From: Amphiscolops sp. MND2022
Lineage: Eukaryota
Assembly: GCA_964187785.1 (NCBI GenBank)
Contig: OZ076409.1
Span: forward strand, 98,086,001-98,150,000
DNA length: 64,000 nucleotides
Direction: 5' to 3'
The notes under the pieces were generated by a model, which was given only the letters and a program-made list of their open reading frames with translations, was not told where the DNA came from and did not search any database. The translations under genes and the position numbers were made by a program. Shown here piece after piece: positions 10,051 to 22,804 of the stretch (positions are counted from its first letter, which is position 1; each line of letters opens with the position of its first letter).

Positions 10051-10227
10051 TTTTCTCACAATCATGTCGAGCTTGGGTTGTTATACTGGTAGCCATTACA
10101 TGAGTGGCTTGAATCCCCAGTTGTGTTGTATTCAACTGGGAGCTGGGTGGCATCAGCTTCAGTTAGAAGGGGATAATAAAACAACGGCGTTGTTAGTGAT
10201 AAGTCGAATGATTGGTGAGATTAAATG

Positions 10228-10308
10228 AGCCATTTGGTCTAAGGGTTAAGGCGCTTGACTGCTAGCTAGATCTGTCTCGAGATGCAGGTTCGAGTCCTGT
10301 AACGGCTA
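10228..10308 (+). tRNA. tRNA-Ser(GCT)-like gene in the TRIM 3' LTR
   Basis: Copy of 9970-10050 with one acceptor-stem substitution (AACGGCT). Confidence 0.65.
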
Positions 10309-10509
10309 TTTTCTCACAATCATGTCGAGCTTGGGTTGTTATAGTTATTTAAAATTTCGATCCGAGTAGTTTCGATCCAATTCAAAAATTTGGTATGTCG
10401 ACCTGAGGACTAACTCTGATTTTCGATCCTGTTCCTTCGACCTATTTCCGCCCACCCGAATTTTTTTAAAAGCTGCTATGATATAGAGGTAAAAAAATTA
10501 GCCTTTTTG

Positions 10510-11664
10510 AAATAAATTTCTTCGAACGCATCTCTGTCGCTCACAGTTCCTAGAACACAGGTCGCATTGCCGATCTGAAGAGCCATTGAAATCCGTTGCT
10601 TCAAAAAGCTGCCAGCTCGTTGATCGCCAGAAAGGCCAGAAAGCCGGAAAGTGCTAATAATGATGCGGATGAAACCCCAAGACCACCCATCTCAGCAGGC
10701 AGAGCCAGCTGAGTATTCGAAATATCGTCGAAGTTCACGTTACACACTTTGGAAAGCCCGTCGCGTACTGTTCTGCCAAACTTTTCTAAAAGAGCTGGAT
10801 GATTAAAACATGTACTGGTTCTCAGGAAGTACAACAACAAGTACAAAAAACCATAGTGCGCATCTAGTTTTTCAACAATCCCGTTAACTTTTTCCAGTTC
10901 ATTACTTTTCTTTTCCAATAAGTCTGCTTGTGATCTTGGGCCGAGCGGTTTACCAAGAATGATAAGTTCATCTCTCTTTGGTGTTTTGATCCCGGGGCAA
11001 AGTTTTTGGAAAGATGCTAAAATTGTCGATTGTCGTTTTTCAGTGATGTCACCAGGGAAAAAAATTTCACATTTCGTGGGTTTAATTTTGAGTCCCAGCG
11101 TTCTTTCAGCTTCAACAATTTGTTTGAGATCTTTCAAAACGGTTCCGTAATCATCACCTAAATTTCCATCGTCTAGGTACCATAAGTTTATTTTCGACTC
11201 CAAACTGTCAATCAAATCCTGAAGGGAATCCGAAAACCAAGCTGGAGTCTCAGGATCTCCTTGCTGGGTCCCTTCACAAGATTTCATTACTGAATCACCG
11301 TAAAAAAGAAAACTTGGCTGACTGTACGCCGAGTGTGTATACTTATAAACTTCAGGGTGTATTTCAAAAACTTTCTCTAGCATGAATTGCCGGTTTATCG
11401 AATTGAAAGCGTTTTCAAAGTCAATTTTCAAAGTTACGTTTTCTTTGGGGCTTTCTTTCAAACAACGGAAAACATGTTAGGCCAATTCAGCGCCCCCTTT
11501 TGGTGCCTACACCTACTTGTCGATTTCCATATCTTGATTGACGTGATTCGAAGACATGGTATCCGGCACGTTTTAAGGACAATCGGCCGAAAGTATTGCC
11601 TACAGCGATAGGACGAAGTCCTCCATCGGGCTTTTTTACTGCAATTAGTTTCGCACCAAAGAAG
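10510..11664 (-). pseudogene. CRE-clade non-LTR retrotransposon RT fragment, internally deleted
   Basis: GGLRPIAVG, LKIDFENAFNS, GTQQGDP, WYLDDG and GGLG motifs; CRE-type C-terminus ISMALQIGNA. Confidence 0.85.
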
Positions 11665-12492
11665 TCTGATTGACAGATTGTCGTCATTGTTCTTCCATGC
11701 TGGTCATCATGTTAGGGGAGATGGCAATAACTGTGGTCTGCAAACAAGAGGAAACACTGAGGGAAAATAAAAATTGAGACTTATAACTGAGGCCAGCAAC
11801 TATACCAGTAGACCGCTAAAACAAAAAACTGTGCCGAAACCACGATAATAATATTCCACCACTAATCCACTACACTCCAGTAGACCTGTCGTGAAGTTTG
11901 CGTCACATACTTGCTGCAAGAATCAACAAAAAAAGTTAGAGTAGACCTTAATGGAAAAATATTTTTCGAAAAAGAAAGTTTGAGCCGTTTTCTTTCCCAT
12001 TTGGTAAACATGACATCAGATAATAGTTTATTCAACTTATACGAAAGTCCTAAATTTTATGAAAACACATGATTTCCAAATCCGATGAAGAGATAATTAT
12101 TATCGTATCTTGGGCATTATTTGCGTCGTGTGCTACTTTGTTTATATAATCTTAACTTACGCTTCCTATGCTCCACAAGTTCTTTTTATGGGTTTAGTAA
12201 ACTAGCGTCTTCTCTTCTTGATGGAAGTTTCACAATCTCAGGCCGATCTAGGGGCGCGAAAACGTCTAATGAATAACGTCTATTAAGTCCATCGCAAATA
12301 ACGTCCAAAGGAAAAACATCTAAACTGAAAAAAAACGTCTAAAAATTCGGGAATAATGTTCAAATTATTTCCACTATCTGCTATCATGGATTTTTGTCAT
12401 CAATCAAGTGCCATGTGTCATCAAGTTGGGGGTAGAAGACACACCCGTGGTCTGCAACGAAAGGAGGAAACCGCATACCAGTCACAATCCCA

Positions 12493-13049
12493 GTTCCGGA
12501 CGTTTCGGCACAAGACGTTTCGGCAACAAGATGGCGGAAGACGTTTCGGCAACTTTTTGTTGCCGAAACGTCTTTGGTGCCGAAACGTCTTCACAGCAGG
12601 TGAAAGACGTTTCGGCAACATTTTGTGACTTTTTTTGACTTCTTAAGAATAAATTTTTACTTTTCGTGAATGTCTCGCAAAATTTTCAGTACTTTCCCCT
12701 TCTAATGTGGGGGCATATTCGGTGTATGCACGCTCGCCCTCACCGTCGCAAAGACCAGCTCCCACTACGATCGCTTCGCGATCTCCGTTTCCGCTAGGTC
12801 TTTGCTCCTGTTCGACCTCGCTTAGCAAGATGGGAATATAAGCGGCCCCAAGCACTAGAGGAAATGGGGACATATATGGGGCACGTTTCATACTAAAGAA
12901 AACTACAGATTATTCTTCTTGTTGCCGAAACGTCTTTGGTGCCGAAACGTCTTCACAGCAGGTGAAAGACGTTTCGGCAACATTTTGTTGCCGAAACGTC
13001 TTCCGCCATCTTGTTGCCGAAACGTCTTGTGCCGAAACGTCTTGTTCCC
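12493..13049. mobile_element. MITE with arrayed GACGTTTCGGCA subterminal repeats
   Basis: ~55-bp inverted repeat (12499-12553 vs 12988-13041); contains a dispersed repeat also found at 18380-19140 and inverted at 22230-22372. Confidence 0.7.
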
Positions 13050-13301
13050 GCCATTACATGAGTGGCTTGAATCCCCAGTTGTGTTGTATTCAACTGGGAG
13101 CTGGGTGGCATCAGCTTCAGTTAGAAGGGGATAATAAAACAACGGCGTTGTTAGTGATAAGTCGAATGATTGGTGAGATTAAATGAGCCATTTGGTCTAA
13201 GGGTTAAGGCGCTTGACTGCTAGCTAGATCTGTCTCGAGATGCAGGTTCGAGTCCTGTAACGGCTATTTTCTCACAATCATGTCGAGCTTGGGTTGTTAT
13301 A
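13050..13301 (+). mobile_element. Partial duplicate of the tRNA-LTR TRIM (internal region plus 3' LTR, tRNA-like gene at 13186-13266)
   Basis: Matches 10092-10343. Confidence 0.85.
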
Positions 13302-13467
13302 GTTATTTAAAATTTCGATCCGAGTAGTTTCGATCCAATTCAAAAATTTGGTATGTCAACCTGAGGACTAACTCTGATTTTCGATCCTGTTCCTTCGACC
13401 TATTTCCGCCCACCCAAATTTTTTTAAAAGCTGCTATGATATAGAGGTAAAAAAATTAGCCTTTTTG

Positions 13468-14623
13468 AAATAAATTTCTTCGAACGCATCTCTGTCGCTC
13501 ACAGTTCCTAGAACACAGGTCGCATTGCCGATCTGAAGAGCCATTGAAATCCGTTGCTTCAAAAAGCTGCCAGCTCGTTGATCGCCAGAAAGGCCAGAAA
13601 GCCGGAAAGTGCTAATAATGATGCGGATGAAACCCCAAGACCACCCATCTCAGCAGGCAGAGCCAGCTGAGTATTCGAAATATCGTCGAAATTCACGTTA
13701 CACACTTTGGAAAGCCCGTCGCGTACTGTTCTGCCAAACTTTTCTAAAAGAGCTGGATGATTAAAACATGTACTGGTTCTCAGGAAGTACAACAACAAGT
13801 ACAAAAAACCATAGTGCGCATCTAGTTTTTCAACAATCCCGTTAACTTTTTCCAGTTCATTACTTTTCTTTTCCAATAAGTCTGCTTGTGATCTTGGGCC
13901 GAGCGGTTTACCAAGAATGATAAGTTCATCTCTTTTTGGTGTTTTGATCCCGGGGCAAAGTTTTTGGAAAGATGCTAAAATTGTCGATTGTCGTTTTTCA
14001 GTGATGTCACCAGGGAAAAAAATTTCACATTTCGTGGGTTTAATTTTGAGTCCCAGCGTTTTTTCAGCTTCAACAATTTGTTTGAGATCTTTCAAAACGG
14101 TTCCGTAATCATCACCTAAATTTCCATCGTCTAGGTACCATAAGTATATTTTCGACTCCAAACTGTCAATCAGATCCTGAAGGGAATCCGAAAACAAAGC
14201 TGGAGTCTCAGGATCTCCTTGCTGGGTCCCTTCACAAGATTTCATTACTGAATCACCGTAAAAAAAGAAAACTTGGCTGACTGTACGCCGAGTGTGTATA
14301 CTTATAAACTTCACGGTGTATTTCAAAAACTTTCTCTAGCATGAATTGCCGGTTTATCGAATTGAAAGCGTTTTCAAAGTCAATTTTCAAAGTTACGTTT
14401 TCTTTGGGGCTTTCTTTCAAACAACGGAAAACATGTTAGGCCAATTCAGCGCCCCCTTTTGGTGCCTACACCTACTTGTCGATTTCCATATCTTGATTGA
14501 CGTGATTCGAAGACATGGTATCCGGCACGTTTTAAGGACAATCGGCCGAAAGTATTGCCTACAGCGATAGGACGAAGTCCTCCATCGGGCTTTTTTACCG
14601 CAATTAGTTTCGCACCAAAGAAG
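13468..14623 (-). pseudogene. CRE-clade RT fragment, second copy
   Basis: Near-identical to 10510-11664. Confidence 0.85.
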
Positions 14624-15809
14624 TCTGATTGACAGATTGTCGTCATTGTTCTTCCATGCTGGTCATCATGTTAGGGGAGATGGCAATAACTGTGGTCTGC
14701 AAACAAGAGGAAACACTGAGGGAAAATAAAAATTGAGACTTATAACTGAGGCCAGCAACTATACCAGTAGACCGCTAAAACAAAAAACTGTGCCGAAACC
14801 ACGATAATAATATTCCACCACTAATCCACTACACTCCAGTAGACCTGTCGTGAAGTTTGCGTCACATACTTGCTGCAAGAATCAACAAAAAAAAGTTAGA
14901 GTAGACCTTAATGGAAAAATATTTTTCGAAAAACAAAGTTTGAGCCGTTTTCTTTCCCATTTGGTAAACATGACATCAGATAATAGTTTATTCAACTTAT
15001 ACGAAAGTCCTAAATTTTATGAAAACACATGATTTCCAACTCCGATGAAGAGATAATTATTATCGTATCTTGGGCATTATTTGCGTCGTGTGCTACTTTG
15101 TTTATATAATCTTAACTTACGCTTCCTATGCTCCACAAGTTCTTTTTATGGGTTTAGTAAACTAGCGTCTTCTCTTCTTGATGGAAGTTTCACAATCTCA
15201 GGCCGATCTAGGGGCGCGAAAACGTCTAATGAATAACGTCTATTAAGTCCATCGCAAATAACGTCCAAAGGAAAAACATCTAAACTGAAAAAAACGTCTA
15301 AAAATTCGGGAATAATGTTCAAATTATTTCCACTATCTGCTATCATGGATTTTTGTCATCAATCAAGTGCCATGTGTCATCAAGTTGGGGGGAGAAGACA
15401 CACCCGTGGTCTGCAACGAAAGGAGGAAACCGCATACCAGTCACAATCCCAGTAACAAAAAAACCAACAAACTACTCATACCGGCCGCTATCCCAGTCCA
15501 CCAGTAGAAACGAGTTTCAAAAAAAGCTGCAATGATATACATGTTTGCCATAATTTTTTTTCTTTCATCTATCAGATATCATGGATCTTCGTCATCAATC
15601 ATGTGTTATGTGTATCATCATGTTGGGGGGAGAAGACACACACCCGTGTTCTGCAACGAAAGTAGGGAACCCCATACCAGCCACTATACCAGAAGACCAG
15701 TAACAAAAAAACAAACAAACTACTCAAACCAGCCACTACGCAGCCGACCGGTAGAATTTTTTAAAAATCTGCTATTATATAAAGGGTAAAAAAACTAGGC
15801 TATATGTAA

Positions 15810-17700
15810 TAAATTTCTTCGAACGCATCTCTGTCGCTCACAGTTCCTAGAACACAAGCCGCATTGCCGATCTGAAGAGCCATTGAAAACCGTTGCTTCA
15901 AAAAGCTGCCAGCTCGTTGATCGCCAGAAAGGCCAGAAAGCCGGGAAGTGCTAATAATGATGCGGATGAAACCCCAAAACCTTCCATCTCAGCAAGCAGA
16001 GCCAGAAGAGTATTCGAAATATCGTCGAAGTTCACGTTACACACTTTGGAAAGCCCGTCGCGCACGTTTTTGTCATATTTCTCTTTTATTACAGCGGCAC
16101 GTATGCGCAACACAGATATTCGCTCCCAGGCGTAAACCAATCGAAATCCGAAATTCCTGATCATCATGTTTCAGACCTTTGATTCTTGCAATGAACAACT
16201 CTCAGCCACTCAGACCCGAACTTTCCATGATGACCGTTGAAAACTTTCGAACGTTTGTCATCCATTCTAGACATCGAATCTTGGGTAGTTTTTACGTAGA
16301 CAGAAAAGGTTCAATTGTTCTGGGTCCAACAGTTCTGGGTTCAATAGTTCTGGGAACCAAAAGCAAAGGCCAAAAAGAGTTAAGTGCTACCAATGATGCG
16401 AATCAAACCGCAAGACTACCCATTTTGAGCGAGCAGACCCAGCTGAAAACTAGAAATAACGTCGAAGTTCTCGTTACACACTTTGGAAAGCCTGTCGCGT
16501 ACTGTTCTGCCAAACTTTTCTAAAAGAGCTGGATGATTAAAACATGTACTGGTTCTCAGGAAGTACAACAACAAGTACAAAAAACCATAGTGCGCATCTA
16601 GTTTTTCAACAATCCCGTTTTCAACAACTTTTTCCAGTTCATCTCTCTTTGGTGTTTTGATCCCGGGGCAAAGTTTTTGGAAAGATGCTAAAATTGTCGA
16701 TTGTCGTTTTTCAGTGATGTCACCAGGGAAAAAAATTTCACATTTCGTGGGTTTAATTTTGAGTCCCAGCGTTCTTTCAGCTTCAACAATTTTTTTGAGA
16801 TCTTTCAAAACGGTTCCGTAATCATCACCTAAATTTCCATCGTCTAGGTACCATAAGTTTATTTTCGACTCCAAACTGTCAATCAGATCCTGAAGGGAAT
16901 CCGAAAACAAAGCTGGAGTCTCAGGATCTCCTTGCTGGGTCCCTTCACAAGATTTCATTACTGAATCACCGTAAAAAAAGAAAACTTGGCTGACTGTACG
17001 CCGAGTGTGTATACTTATAAACTTCAGGGTGTATTTCAAAAACTTTCTCTAGCATGAATTGCCGGTTTATCGAAATGAAAGCGTTTTCAAAGTCAATTTT
17101 CAAAATTACGTTTTCTTTGGGGCTTTCTTTCAAACAACGGAAAACATGTTAGGCCAATTCAGCGCCCCCTTTTGGTGCCTACACCTACTTGTCGATTTCC
17201 ATATCTTGATTGACGTGGTTCGAAGACATGGTATCCGGCACGTTTTAAGGACAATCGGCCAAAAGTATTGCCTACAGCGATAGGACGAAGTCCTCCGTCG
17301 GGCTTTTTTACCGCAATTAGTTTCGCACCAAAGAAGTACGGCCGAAGTTCGAAAAGTACTTTTCCTTCGAGAATCACATTAACAAGTTTTGTTAAAGCTC
17401 TGAGAAAATCCAGTCCAGTTTGCCCGTTCGACTTGGCAGTCAAATCTTTCAAAATTTGAGGCGAAATGCCATCCAACCCTGCACTAGAGCCGTTGGGGAA
17501 GGACACGAGAGCCTTGTGGACAAAATCTCCGAGGTTGAAAAACAATCGATATCTGTGGGGTCCGGAACAAAGCAAGGTTTCTCTGCGGATGTTTCAGCTT
17601 AAGGGCAGCCTAGTTGTCGACCGTGAAATCTGCAATCTTGTCGTCGCCTACTGCCATCCTGATTCCGGCCTTAACATTACCTTCGTCTAATTGAGTGCAA
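15810..17700 (-). pseudogene. CRE-clade non-LTR retrotransposon fragments, longer third copy
   Basis: Same RT motifs plus upstream SSAGLDGISPQILKDL...YFFGAKLIAVKK; interrupted at ~16135-16355. Confidence 0.82.
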
Positions 17701-18122
17701 ATGGAACGCAGTCGTCGATCTAACTCGCTTTTCTGTTGGGGTTTTCTGTCGCGTTTCAGTTTTTTCTCGAAGACACCATACCGAATACGCTTGTTGAAAA
17801 TTTCACCAAAAAATGACTATTAACTGAAAACTTTCAAACGCATCTCTATCGCTAGCAGTTCTAGAACACAGGCCGCATTTCCGATCTCATGAGCCATTGA
17901 GATTTGTTCCAAAAGCTGCCAGCTCGTTGATCATCGCGCGAACGACAGAGCATTTCGCAGAGAAGCCAAATGAAAATTTTACTGGTCTCGCCAAAAGAAT
18001 CCTGTACTTCCATGACCACCGATTGAAAAATGTATACCTTGTCTATCTACTCGCGATACTTCTCACTTTTACGCGCTTCAGACTCGGCGGCGGTGGTTCC
18101 CGGGTTGCATGAGGAGCCTTGA

Positions 18123-19350
18123 GGGTGGCGATAAACAGGTCGAATTTTTATAAAGTCGAATTGACTGTGGTTGAATCACCTGGTCGAATTTTTAAGTCGC
18201 ATTGACTTTGGTCGAAAGTATTGGAATTCCTCGGCTCGAGTTTTGACAATTTCGAACTCGGGTCGAATTTTTCAAATAGTCTTAAACCCAATTTTTGAAC
18301 ACGATTTTCTGGTCCTTTATCTTCTCGTGTGTTTTCAGATTTGTGTTTTCATATGTATTCTGAATGTGAAAAGATTATAATGTGGGGGCATATGCTGTAA
18401 TTGAAAGTGATCGCCAAACCGCTGATCGACAATCACAGAACAACTGCTTTCTGCTTTTGTGCTGTTTTACTTCGATCAAAAAAACTCGTTCTCAACGTTG
18501 CAAAGACCAGCTCCCACCAGGGATTGCAATTAATTGCAAAATGCGATAATTGAAAGTGCAGAGCAAGAAATAATTGCTAATTGCATAACTTTATAGGTTA
18601 ATAATTGCAATTGCAAATGCTTTCTAGTATCTATCAGAATATCAGAAGTTGACAATAAATCTGGTAAAAAAGCAGCTTGTGAGATATCTCGTATGAAAAA
18701 AAAACTAGAAAGAGAAAACATAATTCTCACTCAGTCTGAAAAAACGCTTTGAAAGAAAGCACTGCATTACTCCAACATTAAATATATAAATTTTTTTAAA
18801 AAATTTCGTTGTAATTCAAGTCAAACTAGCATTTTTTGAGGAAGAACCCTGGATATTGCAAATTTGCACTAAATGTCGCACTAATTGCTAATTGCCTCCA
18901 GTGTTTTTGCTAATTGCTAATTGAAATTACATGCCCCAAAATCGCAATTAATTGCAATTGCATGCAAATAATTGCTTTTGAAATTGCAATCCCTGGCTCC
19001 CACTACGATCGCTTCGCGATCTCCGTTCCCGCTAAGTCTTTGCTCCTGTTCGATCTCGCTTAGCAAGATGGGAACATAAGCGGCACCAGGGGGCTGCAGG
19101 GCTCTAGAGAAATTGATGACATATCCGAGGCACGTTTTATACGTTTAAAAAGATGTATCATCTCGTTTTCTTGTCAGTTTTATATACAAGATATTCGATC
19201 GGAAGAATTCTATCCCTAGCATTTCGAATGCAATCCTGAATTTTAATATTTCGATACAAGTCCATTCGATGTGGTTCTAAAAACTATTTTGTCGATCCGA
19301 TTCAATCTTTAAATTTCGACCCTGTTGCTTCGCCCTGTTTCCGCCCACCC
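18123..19350. mobile_element. Mutator-like MITE, same TIR family as 9684-10457
   Basis: GGGTGG...CCACCC TIRs; degenerate 9-bp TSD GAGCCTTGA/GAACCATGA. Confidence 0.7.
18518..18995. mobile_element. hAT-type MITE
   Basis: 14-bp TIR CAGGGATTGCAATT; perfect 8-bp TSD GCTCCCAC; empty site at ~12757. Confidence 0.88.
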
Positions 19351-20694
19351 GAACCATGATTCGGGCGACTGGGTGCAAGACTAGCTTCCACAGCCATGAT
19401 ATCCCACACCACCTGTTCACCCATTTCTCAAGGAATCATAGTAATACCGTCTGGGCGTTGCTATCGGGTCGGTACAGTCCACGCGGTTCGAGCATTGAGG
19501 CAAGTCGAGATATCCCAACGTCTGTTTTATGAGTGAATTGAGAATAGCATGACGTGAGACTCGACCAGCATTCTTCTTTCGAGAAAGACCCTGTAAACCA
19601 TCCCGTTCAACTCTTTCACCACAGCGGCACGTTTGCGCAACACAAATAATCGCTCAGAAATCAATGGTTCTGGGAACCAAAAGCAAAGGCCAAAAAGAGT
19701 TAAGTGCTACCAATGATGCGAATCAAACCGCAAGACTACCCATTTCAGCGAGCAGAGCCAGCTGAAAACTAGAAATAACGTCGTAGTTCACTTTACACAC
19801 TTTGGAAAGCCTGTCGCGTACCGTTCTGGCAAACTTTTCTAAAAGAGCTGGATGATTAAAAGATGTACTGCTTCTCAAGAAGTACAACAAGTTTGGCAGA
19901 CTGAAACAACATGAAAAAACTATAATGAGCATCCAGCCTTTCAACCATTCCATAAGAGATTTTCAGTTCAATAAGTTTCCTTCCAATAAGTATGCCTGCG
20001 ATTTTGGGCCGAGCAGTGAACCAAAAATGACAAGTTCATCTTTCATTGGTGTTTTGAACCCAAAGATTCTAAAATTGTTGATCGTCGTTTTTCAGTGACG
20101 TCACAGAAAAAACAACTTTCGCACTTCGTAGGTTCATTTTTGAGTCCCAGCGTTTTTCCGCTTCAACAATTTTTTTGAGATCTTTCAGAAGGGTTCTGTA
20201 ATCATCACGCAAATTTCCATCAGCTATGTACCACAAATTTATTTTCGACTCCAAACTGTCAATCAGATCCTGAATGGAATACGAATATACAGCTGGAGAC
20301 TCAAGATTTTTTTGCTGGCTTCCTTCATAAGATTTGATTATTGAATCACCGTAAAAAGTAAACTTGACACACAGTGCGCAGAGTGGGAGTACTTATAATT
20401 TTCATGTTGTATTTCGAAGTTTTTCTCGAGCACGATTTGTCAGTTTACCGAATTGAAAGCGTTTTCAAGAAAACATCAGGAAAACATCAAAATAAGTCTG
20501 AAAAACAGGAACAACGTCTAAAAAGTGGAATAAGGTTTAAAAAATGAAATAACGTCTAAAAAGGTGAATAACGTCTAAAAACAGGAACCATATCTAAAAA
20601 TTGGAATAACATCTGAAATCGGGGAAAAATCGCGATGTGTCCCAAATCGGAAAAAAAACGTCCGAAATGTCAGAAAAACATCAAAATAAATATG

Positions 20695-21240
20695 AACAAG
20701 CCGAGAACAGCCAAAGTCGGCGCTATATTTAAGGCTCAAAATTGTAGAAGGGAGCCCTTAGGGTTTTGTGAAACTCCAGCTTGTTGCAAAATTTAAAAAA
20801 ACTTGAAGGGGAGCTCTTTTGGGGACTTGAAAAAATTTCCCAAAAATTTTTAAAGATGAGATTTTTCAAGAGTGTCACAGTGTCGAAAAATGTAAAAGGC
20901 GGGGATTTTTTTTACATCCATTGTGTTGTAAAATGTCGAAACAAATGAAGGGGGCCACCCTTTGGTGCAATTCAAAATGTTTCAAAAAAGTCACACTGTG
21001 CCGAAAAAAGTGGGGCTGGCTATGGGGGGATCCTTAGTGTGATTTCGAGGTTCTGGACGTCTGTTTTGTTTCTTCTTTTCGTTTTTGACGCGCTTTTCAG
21101 GTTCGACTTGTTGAGGTTCGGAGTTGTTGAGGTTTGACGTTGTTGACCAAATGAACAAAAACGTGGACCTTTCCTGTCTAAAAACAAACTACCCACTGTA
21201 AGAGTCGGGCACATTTTCTACTAAAATGCGCCGACTAAAA
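20695..21240 (+). mobile_element. Non-autonomous repeat, HINE/DINE-1-like
   Basis: Starts AACAAG, subterminal AGTCGGCGC...GCGCCGACT inverted repeats, A-run end; related copy at 47656-48000. Confidence 0.5.
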
Positions 21241-22804
21241 ACGGGAATAACCTATAAAAATGGAAAAAAGTATGTCACTTGTGATTAAAAACTTTGCAGA
21301 TTAAAACTTTGTGATTAAAAACTTAAGTCAGATAACGTATAAAACGTGCCTCGGATTGTAACGTCCAACAAGAGACACACGTACTAGAGCTGGAATATTG
21401 CATAAGTTGCCTCGACATAAGACGATAGGGTCACTAGTAACTTCGCTTAAAGTGATTTGGCCTAACGTTTTCGTCGAGCCATTTAGCCTAAAGTTACTAA
21501 GCCAAATGAGTACAAACAAATTTAGGCCAAAGTTGTTCTAACTCAAGCAATGGCTAAATACAACTCATTCAAGACCAAAACTGATTGAAAATTTAACGAA
21601 ATGTTCAAGAAACGAAAAATGTTACGAAATGTTTATCATGTTTGTTGCACGGCTCGATCGCTTCGCTCCCTTCGCCAAGTAGCGACATTCAGGCATGGCC
21701 ATATGGCACGTCGCTTCGCTCCTGCATTTGGGGCACTAGGGGTATGTGAAAATAGCTGAAAACGTTATAATAAAAATTTCGACGAACTCTGCCACGCGTT
21801 TTCAGCTTAGTGATTTTCAAATGGAATTAAGCCGTGTGACTTTTCACCCATAACGTTTGGCTTTAAAACATAAACCAAATGAGCAACTGCATGAAGCCAA
21901 ATGACTTCAAGTCAAATGACATTAAGTGACCATTTACCCATAGTCTTACCGTTATCATAAATATCCGTTTTAATCCCGAAAGCGATTTCCTGGGGGTACT
22001 ATTCTAGCGTCGGGGAGACTCATCATTTAGAGCTTCGAGGTTACAGCCCGGTACACTCGGATCCGTCCCACAGGCATGTAAAAACGGTTCCTAGTGTTCC
22101 TGCGAATTCCTTCATCCTCATGAGGTCCAAAAAGGCAATTAGCTGAGATGCATTAAATAGGGTGAAATCGATGAGAAAATGGGACCTGACAGAAATGTCC
22201 TCGTTTTATCTACTGCCCCGCGTCCCTTGGGGCCACTCATGTTCCCATCTTGCCAAGCTAGGTCTAACAGGTGCAAAGACGTAGCAGGAACGGAGCTCAC
22301 GAAGCAATCGCAGTGGGAGCTTGTCTTTGCGATGGTGAGTGCGAACGAGTATACACAGCAGATGCCCCACAATAGGTGGAGATAATAATCCAAGACTTTC
22401 ACGAATTTCGGTAATACGCATTTAACAAAGTGTCTTTCAGACCTTGTTCAAGTCAATTTTAGATATGCTCAACTTCGCAGAGCGGAATTTCAAAACGTTA
22501 GATCCTAATCCGTTTAGATCTCATGTTTAAGATCTTATTTCTTTTTCTATCTAAAAGTGCGTTAAAATTCGAGCCAGGTGAAGATATTTTAAGCATTAGA
22601 AACAAGATTTCGCAATCGGGAGTGACATCTCAAAAACGTATACTTTGGTACCCTTGCACGACCCTCTATTGTCAGCTGTTTGTTCTGAAAAACTTTTCAC
22701 TTTAAGAAAGTCCAAATAAAAAACAAGAATACTGTCTAAAACGTTGAGTAATGTTCAAAACGTTAAACGTGATTCCCAAAAATGATTTGTTCACACGTAA
22801 TTCC

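Larger units (their letters stand above)
9919..10343 (+). mobile_element. TRIM (miniature LTR retrotransposon) with tRNA-like LTRs, Helenus-like
   Basis: 167-bp LTRs at 9919-10085 and 10177-10343, PBS TGGTAGCCATTACA at 10087-10100, PPT AGAAGGGGA at 10165-10173, 4-bp TSD GTTA. Confidence 0.85.
9684..10457. mobile_element. Mutator-like MITE
   Basis: TIRs GGGTGGCTGTAAATAGGTCGAA / TTCGACCTATTTCCGCCCACCC; near 9-bp TSD GAAATTTTT/GAATTTTTT; empty site near 15754. Confidence 0.7.
8619..15790. repeat. Tandemly triplicated ~3-kb block
   Basis: Copies start at 8619, 11665 and 14624 (TCTGATTGACAG); 10092-12493 is nearly identical to 13050-15452 (offset 2958-2959). Confidence 0.9.
17830..20466 (-). pseudogene. 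Older CRE-clade element (RT and restriction-like endonuclease remnants) split by a MITE
   Basis: ESKINLWY RT remnant near 20250; RPDG...WD endonuclease remnant near 19400-19470; 3' terminal motif near 17870. Confidence 0.7.

Noticed and set aside
12356..13186. ORFs with repeated KTFR/CRNV peptides, or a CRISPR-like array
   Set aside because: Translations of MITE subterminal 11-12-mers in both orientations; no regular spacers and no cas genes
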